From the IMG/VR virus record IMGVR_UViG_3300029171_000148, positions 1-5,714 of that record: 5,714 bases of DNA; one strand, 5' to 3'. The notes beneath the pieces were generated by a model. The model saw only the letters and a program-made list of their open reading frames with translations, was not told the origin of the DNA and did not search any database. This DNA comes from a virus. Positions 4,517 through 5,714 of the stretch are shown here, piece after piece. Position 1 is the stretch's first letter, and every line of letters starts with the position of its first letter. Both the position numbers and the translations under genes were made by a program.

Positions 4517-5500
4517 TTATTTTGCAAGTTCTATGCGTTTTGCTATTTTTAATTTCCTTACTTCGTTCTCGTATTTTATCCTGCTCCAGTTTACTTCATC
4601 GTCTCCGTATCCTAGCCTTTTGTTTCTTTTTTGTGCTTCTTCTAGTGCTTTCATGTATACCTTTCCTCCGTCTTCCATGCTTATCTTTCTTCCTTCTACG
4701 TATCTTACGTTTTTATCTAGTTTTTCTATCCATAGTTTTTCTCTTTCTTCTTCTGTGTATATTTTGTTTCGGTAGTATATTGGTAGTGCTATTTTCTTTC
4801 CTTCTCTTGTTGTGTATGTTTCTTTAGTTCCTTCTTCCTTGTATTTATTTATTTTTGCGTCTAGTCTGTCTGTGTATCCCTTTCCTATTCCTGCACTTGT
4901 TAGTACTTTTGGCATGTATTCTTTGTGCATCATGTCTACTTTATTTATGTATTTTGTCATGTAGTTTGCAGATGCTTCGTTTACGTATGATCCTATGTAT
5001 ACGTGTCCGTATTGCCAGTGTTGTATTATTTCTTCTGATTCTCCGAATATTATTCCGTGTAGATGTAGGTTTTCTGTGTTTTGGTATTTCTTGTGTTTTC
5101 CTTGTCCTAGTTCTGTTACTAGCCAGTGTTTTACGCTTATTTTGTTTTTCTTTCTCCATCTTTCTAAGAATCTTCTTACTCCTATTGTTGCTATTGCGTT
5201 GTCTAGTTCGTATCCTTCTGGTATTATTCCTTCGTTTTGTTTTGCTATTGCCCCTGTCAATTCTTTTATGCTTTCGTTACTGTATGTTAGTGTTACGAAT
5301 TTTCCGTTTTTGTTGTTTCTTATTTCTTCTTGTAGTCTTATGCTCCACTGTCTTGCTTTTTGTTTTCTGCATTCTATGCATTTTTGGCATCCTACTGGTA
5401 CGTATAGTACCCGTGGATCATTTACCACGGGTACGTTGCCATTGTTTTTTTCAGTTACGCAGTATTTGCGGTTGCGTATTAATTTTGGGTATAAGCACAT
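4517..5500 (-). CDS. VP4: Replication initiation protein VP4 (HUH rolling-circle endonuclease, phiX174 gene A-type), 327 aa
   Basis: Motif I is FVTLTY (nt 5282-5299). Motif II is HLHGIIF (5045-5065). Motif III is YMTKYINK, with two Tyr spaced Y-x3-Y as in phiX174 A (4940-4963). All three were verified by back-translation of the coordinates. The N-terminal Cys cluster MCLYPK...VPVGCQKCIECRKQKARQW (CxxCxxC) is typical of microvirus VP4. The ATG directly follows the VP2 stop (TAAATG). Confidence 0.93.
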   Translation of the reverse strand: MCLYPKLIRNRKYCVTEKNNGNVPVVNDPRVLYVPVGCQKCIECRKQKARQWSIRLQEEIRNNKNGKFVTLTYSNESIKELTGAIAKQNEGIIPEGYELDNAIATIGVRRFLERWRKKNKISVKHWLVTELGQGKHKKYQNTENLHLHGIIFGESEEIIQHWQYGHVYIGSYVNEASANYMTKYINKVDMMHKEYMPKVLTSAGIGKGYTDRLDAKINKYKEEGTKETYTTREGKKIALPIYYRNKIYTEEEREKLWIEKLDKNVRYVEGRKISMEDGGKVYMKALEEAQKRNKRLGYGDDEVNWSRIKYENEVRKLKIAKRIELAK

Positions 5501-5714
5501 TTAGTTTTTCCAGTATTCTGTTTGTGAGCTTCCGTCTTCGAATTTGATTGTTTCGCTTCCTCCTTTTGTTGTACCCATTCCTTTTACTGCTCCTATTGCA
5601 TCTGTGATGATGCTTGTCCATTGTCTTATTTCTGCTGCTGTGCTTGTGTTGAAGTTTGTTTGTTTGGTTTGGTTTTCTTGTAGTGCTTTTCTGATAGCTA
5701 CTTCTTTTTCTGCT
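5501..5714 (-). CDS. VP2: VP2 C-terminal part (stop TAA at 5503-5501). Nt 5628-5714 duplicate nt 1-87, so the unique part is 5501-5627.
   Basis: Hand translation continuing the frame from nt 1 across the junction gives ...NTSTAAEIRQWTSIITDAIGAVKGMGTTKGGSETIKFEDGSSQTEYWKN*. The frame is open to the right edge of the window. Confidence 0.8.
   Translation of the reverse strand, partial: AEKEVAIRKALQENQTKQTNFNTSTAAEIRQWTSIITDAIGAVKGMGTTKGGSETIKFEDGSSQTEYWKN
5628..5714. repeat. Terminal redundancy, copy 2 (identical to 1-87)
   Basis: See copy 1. The match is exact over 87 nt. Confidence 0.95.

Noticed and set aside
4336-4527. 63-aa minus-strand ORF spanning the GC-rich island
   Set aside because: Its first codon is TTG (4527-4525), inside the last codons of VP4. 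It contains no ATG at all. GC-rich sequence is open in several frames by chance: the + strand is also open here. I treat the island as noncoding.
4378-5547. + strand ORFs 4378-4827, 4506-4775, 4855-5547 and 4995-5504. The same reasoning applies to 1031-1252, 1144-1356, 1971-2348, 2427-2690, 2928-3215, 3471-3929 and 3646-3957.
   Set aside because: All are antisense to VP4, VP1 or the small ORFs. They have Leu/Phe/Cys/Ser-rich nonsense-like products and arise from the same stop-codon-poor artefact of the T-rich strand.
1-5714. Search for tRNA/rRNA genes, CRISPR repeats, and integrase/transposase or toxin-antitoxin modules
   Set aside because: I saw no cloverleaf-compatible GTTCGAAT-type T-loop region. 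There are no spaced repeats of 25-40 nt. No ORF remains unaccounted for that is long enough for an integrase or transposase. The genome is fully occupied by the microvirus gene set.

Overview
The window is a complete circular ssDNA microvirus genome (family Microviridae, not phiX174-like; the capsid protein is long, as in gokushovirus- or Alpavirinae-like lineages) plus an 87-nt assembly overlap. Nt 1-87 are identical to nt 5628-5714, so the circle is 5,627 nt. All credible genes lie on the minus strand and are tightly packed. On the coding strand the order is: replication initiator VP4 (5500->4517), a ~200-330 nt compositionally aberrant noncoding region (4516->~4186/4318), three small ORFan genes (4317->3455), major capsid protein VP1 (3451->1448), a G6/C6 hairpin, a 124-aa small protein (1409->1035), and pilot protein VP2 (992->1, continuing 5627->5501 across the linearisation point). 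VP2 is therefore missing from the supplied ORF track. Its stop abuts the VP4 start (TAAATG). The given + strand is very T-rich and A-poor, so the long + strand ORFs with Cys/Phe/Leu/Ser-rich products are antisense shadows, not genes. Items worth a second look:
- the GC-rich, palindrome-dense island and flanking repeat/hairpin region downstream of VP4, a candidate origin or regulatory module
- near-total avoidance of T at synonymous sites on the coding strand
- the unassigned three-gene cluster with a 71-nt +1 overlap
- the hairpin after VP1

No tRNA, CRISPR array, integrase or transposase is visible. Family assignments come from motifs I recognise by eye (Phage_F-like N-terminus, HUH/Y-x3-Y Rep motifs). 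No database search was possible.
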